A stretch of 64,000 bases of DNA from Squalus acanthias (taxonomy: Eukaryota), in NCBI GenBank assembly GCA_030390025.1, contig CM059432.1, positions 152,708,001 to 152,772,000 on the forward strand, in the 5' to 3' direction. Position numbers and translations under genes: made by a program. The stretch's first letter is position 1, and every line of letters begins with the position of its first letter. Below the pieces are notes generated by a model. That model ran no database searches and had not been told where the DNA came from. It worked only from the letters and a program-made list of their open reading frames with translations. Shown one piece after another: positions 49,203 to 61,399 of the stretch.

Positions 49203-49689
49203 TGTGTTTAAATCAAGTGCAGGAAACCACAATGGAAAGGCTCACGCTGGATGGCAGCTTTAAAAGCAGCTGCTGTTATGACATCATCAGAGGCGGCCAG
49301 CCGACCCGACCCCACTCGTTGGACCGGCCAGCGCGCCTCCTTAAAATTAACAAGCTCATTGAATCAAAATCGGACATCTGCATCTGATCCCACTGGAAGC
49401 AGCTCCTGAACCCGCCCACCACGCATCCCGACTCCAACCCGTCTCGGGAATTAAAATCGAGCCCATAATGTCCACCTGAATAGTCAGGCGGGGCCTCGAT
49501 TTAACATCTCATCTGAAAGACAGTACCTCTGACAGTGCAGCAACCCTCAGTAATGCGCTGGAGACGATATAGGTAAATTATTTCATCTGATCACCTCGAA
49601 ATATATGCTGATTGGGGCGGGTTAGGGAAGAGTCCCTATTATGCTTCATGTTTTGTTTCTTCTGCTCTATCTGCTCAGTAATTCACCTC

Positions 49690-50332
49690 ATCAATCCTCT
49701 TAATAATGGAATCCCTACTAAAGGAGAAAATAGAAAAATATCTAGAAACCAAAAATATAAGAATGAATAGTCGCATGGATTTCAAAAGGGAAAGTCTTGC
49801 TGGACCAACCTCATTGAATTCTTTGAAGAGGTAACAGAAAAAGAGTAGACTAGGGTAATGTAGTAGATGTAATTTATCTAGATTTCCAAAAGGCCTTTTA
49901 TAAGGTACCACATAATAGACTAATGAATAAGGTCAGAGTATTTAGAGTCAGGGGACAAGCAGTAGAATGGATAGCTAGCTGGCTTCAAGACAGGAAGCAG
50001 AGAGTAGGGGTAAAGGATAGCTATTCACAGTGGCAGAAGGTGGGAAGTGGGGTCACATAAGGATCAGTACTGGGACCACTGTTGTTCACAATTTATATTA
50101 ACAAGTTAGACTTTGGAATCAAAGACACAATTTCAAAATTTGCAGACGACACCAAATTGAGGTGGGGTGGGGGGGATAGTCAATACTGAGGGGGACTGCA
50201 ACAAATTACAAGAAGACATTAATAAACTTGCAGAATGGGCATAAAATTGGCAAATTAATTTCAAAATAGTTAAGTATGAAGTATTGCATTTTGGTAAGAA
50301 AAATAAGGAGGTCACATATTACTTGGAAAATA
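49690..50332 (+). mobile_element. CR1 RT fragment (continues at 54176-54637 and 55298-55560)
   Basis: [21 protein letters not shown]; joins ttggaaaata|agaatctag across the Harbinger insertion. Confidence 0.85.
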
Positions 50333-50825
50333 GGGCTGCTAAATTCGGCTCCGTAGTGCCTGGTTTTTCGGTGCTATGGGCGCTGATTTGGGTCCAGAAT
50401 AGTGTACACGTGCGTGCACACTTCCAGTGAGGGCTGCGCCGGACACCATTTTGGGTAGGTTGTTAGCATGGGCGATGGGAGCGTGCGCCGGAAGTATGCA
50501 GAGTACGCAGATTGTGACGTCAACCAGTGTGCAATACTGATCTGACGCCAGCATTGCCATTTTCGACCTCAACGCTCCAACTAACGACCTCTCTTAAACA
50601 TGCACAGCTGAACATGCGTTCAGCAGCAGGAAGGACCCCCCACCAGTGCTGTTTAAAGGGATCATCAACTGCTTTCAGGTTAGTTGCTGATTGATTCCTA
50701 CTGGCTCTTGGTGAGTTCATAGATGTGTTTGGTGGCTTGTTATCTGACTTGAAGTTGCTGAAGTGTCTTGGGAGTGGTGTGGCAGATTACTTCAAGACTT
50801 CTGCTCAGACCAGTTGCTCCCAGAC

Positions 50826-51929
50826 ATAGGTGCAGTAATTTGGCCTGCAGCATTACATGGAGAATGAGCAGAGACGATACAGAGGAGGACAAGCAGCTAA
50901 TTGAGGGAGGAGGAGGAGGAGGAGGGGGAAGAAGGGCTCTCAGCAGGAGGCCATATCCACCCAGGGTCTCAGGGAGCAATTCTCCTACCTCAACCTCAGC
51001 GAGGAACAGTGTTTGCGATGTCTCCGCTTCACTAAGGTGGTGCTCACTGAAATCTGCCACCTGTTGTAGGCAGAACTGCAGCCTTAGAGCAGGGCGAGGA
51101 CAGCATTGCCAGTGGCTTTGAAGGTGACCGTAGCTATGAATTTATATGTGTCGGGCTCCTTCCAGGCTGGAGTAGGCAATATTTCCAACATCTCCCAGTT
51201 CGCCGTCCACCGTTGCATAAGGAAAGACACTGAGGCTCTGTATGCAAAGAGAGGTGAAAATATTTCATTCTTGCCAGAGAGAAGCAGGCGGTGTGAGTAC
51301 GCGGCTTTGCCAGTATACCAGGCTTCCCCATGGTGTAGGGTGACATTGACTGCACACATGTCGCTTTGCGGGCGCCGCATGTGAATTCGGAGATGTACAG
51401 CAACTGGAAGGGATTCTACTCCCTCAGTCACCAGCTGGTATGCGATCATACTCAGTGCATCATGCAGGTCAATGCCCGGTACCCTAGCAGCAGTCATGAT
51501 GCCTTCATTCTGCGGCAGTCCGCTGTACCATCTGCATTTGAGCCACAACGACAAACCAGAGGATAGCTACTGGGTGACGAGGGCTATCCGCTGACCACCT
51601 GGCTCATGACTCCAGATGCAACCCAACAACACATGGGCAACATGCAGATAACAAAAGCCATGTTGCCACATGGAATCTGATAGAACAGACCGTTGGCGTG
51701 CTTAAACAACACTTCCGCTGCCTGGACTGTTCTGGAGGAGCCCTGCAGCACTCACCAGAGTGCGTCTCAAGATTCGGCGTGGTCTGCTGCATGCTCCACA
51801 ACCTCGCCATCATGAGAGCACAGCCCTTGCCACCACATATATGGCAAAGAGGTGAGGAGGAGAAGGAAGAGGTGGAGACAACCAGCACCGCCCCTTTCTG
51901 GCCAGGCTGTCCGTGATCGACTCATTTAA
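50826..51929 (+). pseudogene. Harbinger transposase pseudogene
   Basis: LPVALKVTVAMNLYVSGSFQ, IDCTHVAL, KGFYSL, YPSSSHDAFIL, LLGDEGYPL, IEQTVGVLKQHFRCLD; DDE residues visible but stops and frameshifts present. Confidence 0.9.
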
Positions 51930-52169
51930 CTATGGTACCAGTGACTCCAACCCCAATTCCCCAGTCACAAAGAGTCCCACACCTTACCTTCCCTCTGTTA
52001 CTGACCATCACAGCGTCCTCGTGGCCACAATGCTACAATAAAAGTCACCACCAAACAAACATTCCAAACCAAATTATAAATCAAAACATCCAATATTATT
52101 TACCAAAGCCAATTGATCACCCTTGTGCATTCCCTTAATACCTGTCTTCCGTGTGCCTTTGCCTGTCCT

Positions 52170-53820
52170 GGTGCTCCTACGCAGTGCTACCCCAGGGCTG
52201 CAGCATGGCTGGTGGAAGGCTGCTGACTTTCAGTGGGGGAGACTGCAGATGGCCTTGGAGGACGACCTTGAGCAGCTCTGGGCCTAGAAGGCCCAGCTTC
52301 GGACTGCACCATCTTGGCACGAGGGGCAGCTGGGCTGGCTGACTGACAGGCAAAAGAAAGGGCACTGGTGGAGTGGCAGTGGTGGGAGGATGAATGCTGT
52401 CATCCTGAGAGAGGACTGCTGGGTTCGTGCTCCACGGAGCCACTGACACTCCCCTGGGGTGGCGCCTCAGCATTCCTAGTAAATGTTGGAGGACAGATTG
52501 CTGGACTGCTGGGACACCCTGTGAGCCCCTTTCAACGCTGGTAACTGTAGCCTAGATGGCAGCAAGCTGAGCTTGTATGACAGAAGTCTGAGCTTCCACT
52601 GCAAACGTTGGGTGGCTTCTGCTTGTGCTGCAGTGGAAGCTGAGACATCGACCATCAGATGCTGCATCATGGATGAGTCCTCAAGTGCGCGAACAGAGTT
52701 GCACATCACTTATATGCTGGAAAGGATGGGATCCAAGCTCTGCGCAAAGCCCTGTGCAAGGTTGGTGCCGGACTCTGCCATGCTCCTTGACATTGCACTC
52801 GGGCTTTCTGACAAACCTGACAATGCACCAAGCATTTCATTGTGCATACCTATTAGCCTTCTTGTGTAGGCCGCCCCATCGAAGTCCTCATCTGAATCCT
52901 CTGCAGCAGAACCTGTGTGCGACCTCTCCCTCCGGCGAGCTGGCACCTGTGATTCCCTTTCCCCCTGGCCTGGCTGCAGGCCACTCATGTCCAGTGTCTC
53001 ACCGTGTGCCGATCCTGAGTCTTGCCGTGTGCCGATCCTGAGTCTCACCGTGTGCTGATCCGGTGTCTCGCCGTGTGCCGATTCTGAGTCTCACCGTGTG
53101 CCGATCCTGAGTCTCACCGTGTGCCGATTCTGAGTCTCGCCGTGTGCCGATCCGGTGTCTCACCGTGTGCCGATTCTGAGTCTCACCGTGTGCCAATTCT
53201 GAGTCTCACCGTGTGCCGATCCTGAGTCTTACCGTGTGCCGATCCGGTGTCTCACCGTGTGCCGATTCTGAGTCTCACCGTGTGCTGATCTGGTGTCTCA
53301 CCGTGTGCTGATTCTGAGTCTCGCCGTGTGCCGATTCTGAGTCTTGCCGTGTGCCGATCCGGTGTCTTGCCGTGTGCCGATTCTGAGTCTCGCCGTGTGC
53401 CGATCCTGAGTCTCGCTGTGTGCCGATCCTGAGTCTCACCGTGTGCCGATCCTGAGTCTCACCGTGTGCCGATCCTGAGTCTCACCGCGTGCCGATCCGG
53501 TGTCTCATCGCGTGCCGATCCGGTGTCTCACCGTGTGCCGATCCGGTGTCTCACCGTGTGCCGATCCGGTGTCTCACCGTGTGCCGATCTGGTGTCTCAC
53601 TGTATGCCGATCCTGTGTCTCACCGTGTGCCGATCCGGTGTCTCACCGTGTGCCGATCCGGTGTCTAACCTATCCTTTAAAGTACGAGGAGCGTCAGTAT
53701 CTGAGCTGGTGGCTGCGAGTGTGAAATCGAGCGACAGTGCATCTTCAGCATCACTGCCTGCTTCCTCCTGCAGTTCCTGGTCTTCCACCACCGCCTGGCC
53801 TGGTTGCAGTTCTTGGGTAT
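52170..53820 (-). pseudogene. Last exon of the Harbinger accessory (Myb-type) gene; SANT exons apparently deleted
   Basis: Acceptor cctttctcctttcag at 53821; acidic/low-complexity then helical peptide (RRLIGMHNEMLGALSGL) positioned like exon 3 of 47293-49202. Confidence 0.6.
52996..53666. repeat. Minisatellite, 23-bp unit, about 29 copies
   Basis: gtctcaccgtgtgccgatc(ctga/cggt); first and last registers (53001, 53645) are 28x23 bp apart. Confidence 0.95.
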
Positions 53821-54175
53821 CTGAAAGGAGAAAGGCACAAGGGTAGAGTTGTGGAGTTGTGGTGAGGGGAGGAGAGGGAAAGCAAGAGGTGCATGCTTGC
53901 ACCATCTGCAGCTTGTAAATCAGAAAGGATTGTGGGATGAGAAGGAAGTAGTGCAGGCTAGCTTTAAGTGGTGCTAGCCTCGCATGAACCTGGGCCCCTC
54001 GCTGAGGCGTGCAGCCACTCAGCAGCGTGTTCAGCGCTGGGCTGCACGCCACAATGATTATAATTAGCATGCAGCATGCAGTTTGTGTGCTGCCTGCGTT
54101 ACTTTGAACTGGCGCAGGTTGATCACGCATCACGATCCCCGCGCCCATTTTCGGGGGCAATTGAATTTTTAGCCC

Positions 54176-54637
54176 TAAGAATCTAGAAGGGGTAGAGGAG
54201 CAAAGGAATCTCGGAGTACAAATACACAAATCACTAAAAGTAGCGACACAGGTTAATAAGGCCATAAAAAAGCAAACCAAGCACTGGGTTTATTTCTAGG
54301 GATAGAATTGAAAAGTAGGGAAGTTATGCTACACTTGTATCGAACCTTGGTTAGATAAAACTTGGAGTACTGCGTACAGTTCTGGTCGCCATATTATAAA
54401 AAGGATATAGAGGCACTGGAGAGGGTGCAAAAAGGCTTCAGAAGGATGATACCAGAACTGCGAGGTTATACCTATCAGGAAAGAATGAACAGACTGGGTC
54501 TCGGGCTGAGGGGTGACCTAATAGATGCCTTTAAAATTATGAAAAGTTTTGATAGAGTAGACACAGAGGGAGTGTTTCCACTTGTGGGGAAGAGCTAAAC
54601 TGGAGGACATCAATATAAGATAGTCACCAAGAAATCA
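54176..54637 (+). mobile_element. CR1 continuation
   Basis: EYCVQFWSPYYKKDIEALERVQ...LRGDLI. Confidence 0.88.
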
Positions 54638-55292
54638 AATCCTGGGGGGTCACCATTAACCAGAAACTTAACTGGACCAGCCACATAAATACTGTGGCAA
54701 CAAGAGCAGGTCAGAGTCTAGGTATTCTGCGGCGTGTGTCTCACCTCCTGACTCCCCAAAACCTTTCCACCATCTACAAGGCACAAGGCAGGAGTGGGAT
54801 GGAATACTCTGCACTTCCCTGGATGAGTGCAGCTCCAACTATACTCAAGAAGCTCGACACCATCCAGGACAAAGCAGCCCGCTTGATTGGCACCCCATCC
54901 ACCACCTTAAACATTCACTCCCTCTACCACCGGCGTACCGTGGCTGCAGTGTGTACCATCTACAAGATGCACTGCAGCAACTCGCCAAGGCTTCTTCGAC
55001 AGCACGTCCCAAACCCACGACCTCTTCCACCTAGAAGGACAAGGGCAGCAGGCACATGGGAACACCACCACCTCAAGTTCCCCTCCAAGTCACACACCAT
55101 CCTGACTTGGAAATATATCACCGTTCCTTCATCATCGCTGGGTCAAAATCCTGGAACTCCCTCCCTAACAGCACTGTGGGAGTACCTTCACCGCACGGAC
55201 TGCAGTGGTTCAAGAAGGCGGCTCACCACCACCTTCTCAAGGGCAATTAATGCTGGCCTTGCCAGCGACGCCCACATGCCATGAAAGAATTT
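54638..55292 (+). mobile_element. LINE family B 3' fragment inserted in CR1
   Basis: ATRAGQSLGILRRVSHLL...WNSLP...; 3' UTR like the other copies. Confidence 0.9.
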
Positions 55293-55297
55293 TTTTA

Positions 55298-55560
55298 AAT
55301 AGGGTTTTCAGAAGAAACTTCTTTAACCAGAGAGTGGTGAGAATGCGGAACTCGCTACCACAGGGAGTAGTTGAGGCGAATAGTATGGATTCATTTAAGG
55401 GGAGGTTAGATAAGCATACGAGGGAGAAAGGAATAGAGGGTTATGCTGATAGTTAGATGAGGAAGGATGGGTGGAGGCTTGTGTTAGAGCATAAACGCCA
55501 GCATGGACTGGTTGGGCTCAATGGCCTGTTTCTGTTCTGTATATTCTATGTAATTCTATG
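55298..55560 (+). mobile_element. CR1 3' end
   Basis: FRRNFFNQRVVRMRNSLP; tail attctatgtaattctatg. Confidence 0.88.
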
Positions 55561-56030
55561 TCTTCCAACTCGTATTTATTTTAGCAACCGGATATAAATG
55601 TAGCAAACCTCGTAGTTTCAATTAAATTTAAATTGGAAATGTTCTGAACTTTTCTTTCTATATTGTCACCGGGCTAATTCAGCAGGTCGCCCTCTCGACA
55701 CACAAAGTCTTGGTGCAGCTTAGCCAGTAAAGACTCGAAACACACCATCAAATTCAACAGCTGCACATTTAATGCCCAAGGACAGATTTAATACCTGGCT
55801 GCTGATCCTTGCTGCTAATAGGGATTCTGACAGTGACAAACTCGCTTATGCCCTTGACAGTTGCACATGTTGCAAAGGAAGATGGTAAGTTTTCCGTGGC
55901 AGTAATAATCATGCATTTGTCCCTTTTGATTCTAAAGGAAAATTCATAATGACTAAGAGTTAGTGATAATTTGTTTTACTCACAGGAATTTTCTTCTAAA
56001 TGAGTATTGCACTGCTTGGAAACCTTTCAT

Positions 56031-56490
56031 TCAGTGGCTAGCACTTTCGCCTCTGGATCAGGAGGTTGTGTTCAAGTCCCACTCCAGAGACTTGAGCACA
56101 AAATCCAGGCTGACACTCCAGTGCAGTGCTGGGGGAGTGCGGCACTGTCGGAGGTGCCGTCTTTCGGATGAGACGTTAAACCGAGGCCCCGTCTGCTCTC
56201 TCAGGTGAATGTAAAAGATCCCATGGCCACTATTTCGAAGAAGAGCAGGGCAGTTATCCCCAGTGTCCTGGCCAATATTTATCCCTCAATCAACAGCATT
56301 AAAAAACAGATTATCTGGCCATTATCACATTGCTGTTTGTGGGAGCTTGCTGTGTGCAAATTGGCTGCCATGTTTCCTACATTACAACAGTGACTACACT
56401 TCAAAAAGTACTTCATTGGCTCTAAAGTGCTTTGGGATGTCCTGAGGTTGTGAAAGGTGCTATAGAAATGCAAGTCTTTCTTTTTCTTTC
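56031..56490 (+). mobile_element. Near full-length Deu SINE
   Basis: gttcaagtccc B-box-like head, Deu core, tail gctatagaaatgcaagtctttc. Confidence 0.9.
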
Positions 56491-56556
56491 ATTCCTGAGT
56501 CCTGCAGAAGCTGCGGTCGCAGTGCTAGTAGTCCCTGCACCTTTTGAAAACTTCTC

Positions 56557-56993
56557 GGGGGAGAAATTGCATCTCGCCCCGTTTGGGGGCAGCAACATCC
56601 GGGAGGCGGGACATTTTGCGCCAGGCGTGGAAGTTCCGCCCCGCTCGCTAAATTCGGGTGAGCGCCCCCGGAAGGAAGTGGAGCCCTAAATCAAGCTTCC
56701 TTCCTGGGGACGGGAGCAGGGGCGCACGGCTCAGCAGCGCTACGCACGGTATGTGTCTCCTGAAGCTGTCGCTGTCATCGCCCGGCGCAGCTTCAGGGGG
56801 CGATACCCAATTTAGGGTTCGGGGCGATGTGCCCGGAGATGACGTCACGATCTCCGGGCGCAGAGATCGGGGCGTAACGCCATAGCGCCGCCGCTAAACT
56901 CCCGACGAATATGGCGGGAGTCGTTAGCGGCGCCATGCCAGGTCACAAAGTCGTTTGCGTCCCGTTAGTGCCCGTGACCTGAATTTCTCCCGC
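56557..56993. mobile_element. Harbinger-type MITE (short relative of families A/B)
   Basis: TIR gggggagaaatt / aatttctcccgc; shares the gacgtcacgatct..gggcgca motif. Confidence 0.8.
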
Positions 56994-57234
56994 CTAGTTC
57001 GCTGCGTAAGTCATGACCATATATATATAGTTAGTGAATGCTCAGCACCCATAGCGAATCAACATAATAAAGTAGGAAATATATACTGTCTCCTCCTACC
57101 AGGGGGGCTGGATGACTCAGGCCCTTTACATTTCCAAAGCAGTTTTCAATGCCACTCTGTTATCTTCTAACAGGAAGTGTGTTTCACCAGAGGAGTGTTG
57201 CTCCTCTTGGCTCTTCAAACTCCAAGAGAGCGCT

Positions 57235-57686
57235 CTCTTCCACCCGATGCGCTCCTCCAATTCTGGCCTCTTGAGCATCCCCGATTTTAATCGCGCCACC
57301 ATTGGCGGCCGTGCCTTCAGCTGTCTAGGCCCTAAGCTCTGGAATTCCCTCCCTAAGCCTCTCCGTCTCGCTACCAATGTTCCCCTAAGGTGTGCGGGCG
57401 TGCACCAATTGTGAGATCCCGCACAGACCGCTCACCAGCGCTGCCGCTGGAAGAGATAACGCACTGCCGCACAGCAAATTTGAAGGGCCCACGCAGGGAG
57501 AAGAAATTAGAGGGAACATTGCACTCTACCTCGCTCCTCCTTTAAGACGCTCCTTAAAACCTCTTTGACCAAGTTCCTGTCCTAATATTTCCTTGTGTGG
57601 CTCGGTGTTTGATTATGCTCTTATGAAGTACCGTGGGACATTTTATTACATTAACGGCGCTATATAAATGCAAGTTGTTGTTGTTG
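57235..57686 (+). mobile_element. L2 LINE 3' end
   Basis: GGRAFSCLGPKLWNSLP; tail gcgctatataaatgcaag(ttg)n, the same tail motif as the SINEs. Confidence 0.85.
57375..57521. mobile_element. hAT-type MITE inside L2
   Basis: TIR caatgttccc / gggaacattg; flanks ctcgctac / cactctac (6/8 match). Confidence 0.8.
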
Positions 57687-57930
57687 ATGAGCATTTCAGA
57701 GGAGCAGAGTGATCTCTCGGGTTTGAAAAGAAATAAGAGTCAGGTGAATCTAGTTCAAGTGAAAGCTGTGACTCGCATTGAAATGTGCTCCTTGGGTGGA
57801 GTCACTGAGGGACATGCGCTCACTGTAACAAGATTGTACTGCCATGGCAAATGGCCAAAGTATTTGCCAACTTTTATTATCAATTCTGGAGGAAATTTTC
57901 CAAAGTTGTAGTTTCCTGATTTAAGATATT

Positions 57931-58692
57931 GGGCCAGAAATTCGGCTTTCAGGCTTCCTGCAGGGGCAAGCATCGTGCGCATACTTGACCACCGCGCCTG
58001 CAGTTGTGCTTTGGGCCCACGAGGACTTTGGGTCCTGGGCCTCCTGCAGCTGCCGGAGCGCAGTGCTTGTGTATCCCAGGGGCGCAGTTAGTTCGAAGCG
58101 TCCCCTGGGATCACGTGGGCCATGGAGAGCCAATCCTAGCAGGACATTTTCATTCATAGATTTGACAAGAAGACCTGTCAAATCTATGAATAGAGATCGG
58201 CCCCAAAACCACACTTAAACTTCAAATAATTTTTTTTTTAATCACATTTTTAAAATAACTATAAGTTAAATAAATTAACTACTTTAAACAAAAATTTTAA
58301 TTTTTGAAAAAATTAATTATACTTTTTAACGGTGCAAAAAATAAACTTACCTTTCTTTAAAGTATCTAAAAAAGATAAACCTGTTGAAAAATTTTTAAAA
58401 TTGTAATTAATTAACCACTTACCTTGTTAAAAACAGGCCTTGCACCTCCTTTTTAGAAGTGCAGCTTCTCCATACTTACCCTCCTGGAGAAACCTGAAAA
58501 AAAAACTGAAGTTCGCTGCGTGCGCGCAGCCTCTCCCGCGCACGCGTTCGACTTCTGAACCCCTCCCTTCAGGGGAACGGAAGTTCCGGTTTCCCGCGCA
58601 TGCGCAGTGCATACAGGAAACCGGCACTTCAGGTGGCCTTACGGGTGAGCACACAGCGCGTACTCACCCGACAAGAGCCGAATTTCTGGCCC
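57931..58692. mobile_element. Harbinger-type MITE family C
   Basis: Perfect 17-bp TIR gggccagaaattcggct; perfect TSD ATT. Confidence 0.9.
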
Positions 58693-61399
58693 ATTAAAAA
58701 GAATGAAGAGTTGGATTGTGGCTGTAGTTTTCTTCAACTGATATCTGTTAAGAAATCCAAAACGATAGTTATAAATCCATAACTAACATACTGCTAAATA
58801 CCGAGTTTGTTTCATTTTTGAAATCATTAGTTTACAAGTCTTGAGTTAACTCTTTCCTGTTCTAGACTTCTCCTTGCAAATTGAAAAGCAGTTTGGGGCT
58901 TTTAACCTATTATTACTCAAAGGAGCTAACTGAGCTGGAAAACCTCAAAATCTCTTCAATACAATATGGTATCTAAATTTAATTCAATTTTTAATATTGC
59001 AAAACATTTTTACTTTGTTTTGGGGATGAACCATAAAATGCAGTGGTTGTACCTTATCACTAATAGCTTAAGGGATCTGAAGGAATTTGTGAGCTCTGCT
59101 GGTATTTGTTTCTGTGTGGGAATTTGCCTAACTAGTCATAGATTCCTTGTTGGTATTACTCCTATGCTAGCTGCCTATTGTACTGGTACTTTCTGAGTAG
59201 TTAATGTAAGCAGAGCATATCAAGTTACATTGCCTGCCCACACCATTACATGGGGCTGGAGGGTGGCAGGTTCCTTGCAAGCAGCCTCAAGTGTCTGAGG
59301 AGAGTCTGACTTATTGGCTTCCTGCACTGTCAGTGTAATTTCTATTGATTTAAAACAGCTGCCTGTCCCTTCAGCTCTTTTCAATCAGAAGAAAATTGAA
59401 CGGCAGTGGGGAAGACCGTCTGAATTTGAATAAAAGGTCAGCAGTGTGCTCGCTGCAACTAGATTGCAGCCAGAACAAAGGAAAAGCCATGCGAGAGGTG
59501 ATCTCACTGGGATTAGGCCAGTGATTGCAGAATTCACCAGCGCTTTGGAGGTGTCAGAAGGAGAATCGTGGCACTGGCTCCAAAAGCAGGGGTAGCCAAG
59601 ACTCTGGCACTCAGTCTAATGGAGATGTGCCCTGTACTGTCCATTAGCTCACCACTGTTATTGTGCCTTGAGGTGAAGTGAGCATGCACAGCCCACAGTT
59701 TAACAGTGCAGCTCCGATACTTATTATCACAACAGGTACTTGGACTGGGTTCCAGCCTAGTCACTTCATGCAAGCATGTAAATGAGGCTTTTGTTTTGCT
59801 GACAGAAAATGCATTATTTTCCTTTCATCCCCTGAGTGTTTTGTAGTGAGATTCTGTGAAAGTGGATATTTGCATTGAATGACTGAGATAATCATCTCTC
59901 CAAGTTCTGAGCTATGCAGATTAGCTCTGGAGGGTAACACAATACACACCAGTAGCTGTGTAGCGTGTCCAAGTGAAGACTTTTGAAGTGCTATTCTTCC
60001 ACTGTTGCTGCTTTGTATGGAACACAGCCTTGTCTTTGTGCTCTGTATCTTTCTGTTCAAGTGGTCGCACTTTGCCACCACGCTGTTTGCCTTTCTAATG
60101 AAGTGAACCATTTGTTTAAATATAAAAAAGATGGTGGAATGTATTTAAACAGCAGCTAAAGTAAACTGTGAATTGTTCAAATAAGCCTTAGTTATCAGGT
60201 CTGTAAACATGGAAGGAACTGTTTGGCATGGATGCCCCTTTGGGATAAGGATTCAGGGAACAGTGTAAATAATTCAGAGTTTGGTTATTGGTAATAATTT
60301 TGAGCGTTTTGTAATAGGACCCTGCCTGACAAGAGTGTAAACTGAAGCTAACCAAAGCCACGCATTATCTCCTTTTGTTTTGAAGCCCTTACTTTTTTGT
60401 TTAAAAGTGGAATATTTGGATGATCCCCATCATGGTTTACATATTAAAATATTGCACTATCAATCTGAAATCTTGTTTTTTGAGAAACAACTGGTTATAT
60501 CGGCAGAATCCTGTGTAGAAACTGTATTGAATTAACTTGTAGGCGTTGTGCCTTATGCCTAATAGGGCCGATGTAATGAAGTTGGGCTCCTAATGGGGAG
60601 TGTCACTGGGTGTGCAATTTTGTAAAATAGGCCCTATTATTCTTCTTCTTAAGTCTGTCTGGTCTGTATGTAATCTGGCTGTCGGTGACTTTTTATCGCG
60701 AGCACTACGACACGGTGCTTTTTCTGCAAGGTTTTATAGTGAAAGTCTTACAGCTTTTAGCTGAGAAACAGTGCCTCAGATTTTTCTGCAACTTTCAACT
60801 CTGCCATTGCAATTTATCAAAGTTGTGGTTTGTGGTAATTCTGACTTTCTCAGCAAACTTGTGGGAAAGTATGGTTTGATTTATGGAACGGGTGTGGTGG
60901 AGGAAAATTCATTCTGTATTAATGAGGCCTGGAACAGGATGACGTATAGTGCATGCCTCTGTCATATACACATGTCCTTTATGTAGAGAAACGTGTCCTT
61001 TGCTAGATGTGTGTGTATATTAGGAATTGTAAATTGGTTCTCTTGCTACACCAGTGCCGGGGGTTAGGGAAATTAGAATATGAAGAGGAAGAACTTCCAT
61101 AGAATTAGCCAGAGGTGACAGCTCAATTCAAAAAAGAAAACACTGATAATCTTAAACAACCTTTCACGCGATGAATAGAGGAGTCAGCCACACCCAGTAT
61201 TTCCCCAAGTACCCAGTCTGTAATCTTGGCTTGGGGAAATTGTTAGTTTAAACGAGAAGCCACAGTCACACACCTCCAATTACAATCATCATGTTTTGGC
61301 TGGGAAATAGGGATTAAGGAGAAAAAAAACACCCTTTTTCACCAGAGTTATGGTGACCTTTGCTGTTGAGACATTTGGATTGTACAAGTGTAACCTTGG

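Larger units (their letters stand above)
44506..49464. mobile_element. Harbinger transposon lacking a recognisable transposase but retaining the Myb/SANT gene
   Basis: Perfect 15-bp TIR gggctcgattttaat / attaaaatcgagccc; flanks TTA/ATA; splits a SINE. Confidence 0.88.
50333..54175. mobile_element. Harbinger transposon with convergent transposase and Myb-gene remnants
   Basis: Termini gggctgctaaattc / gaatttttagccc; TA(A) duplication inside CR1. Confidence 0.85.

Noticed and set aside
52996..53666. CRISPR-like array
   Set aside because: Contiguous 23-bp units, no unique spacers, no cas genes.
58472..58480. ATACTTACC match to the U1 snRNA 5' end
   Set aside because: No further U1 sequence follows; it is simply the reverse complement of a splice donor.
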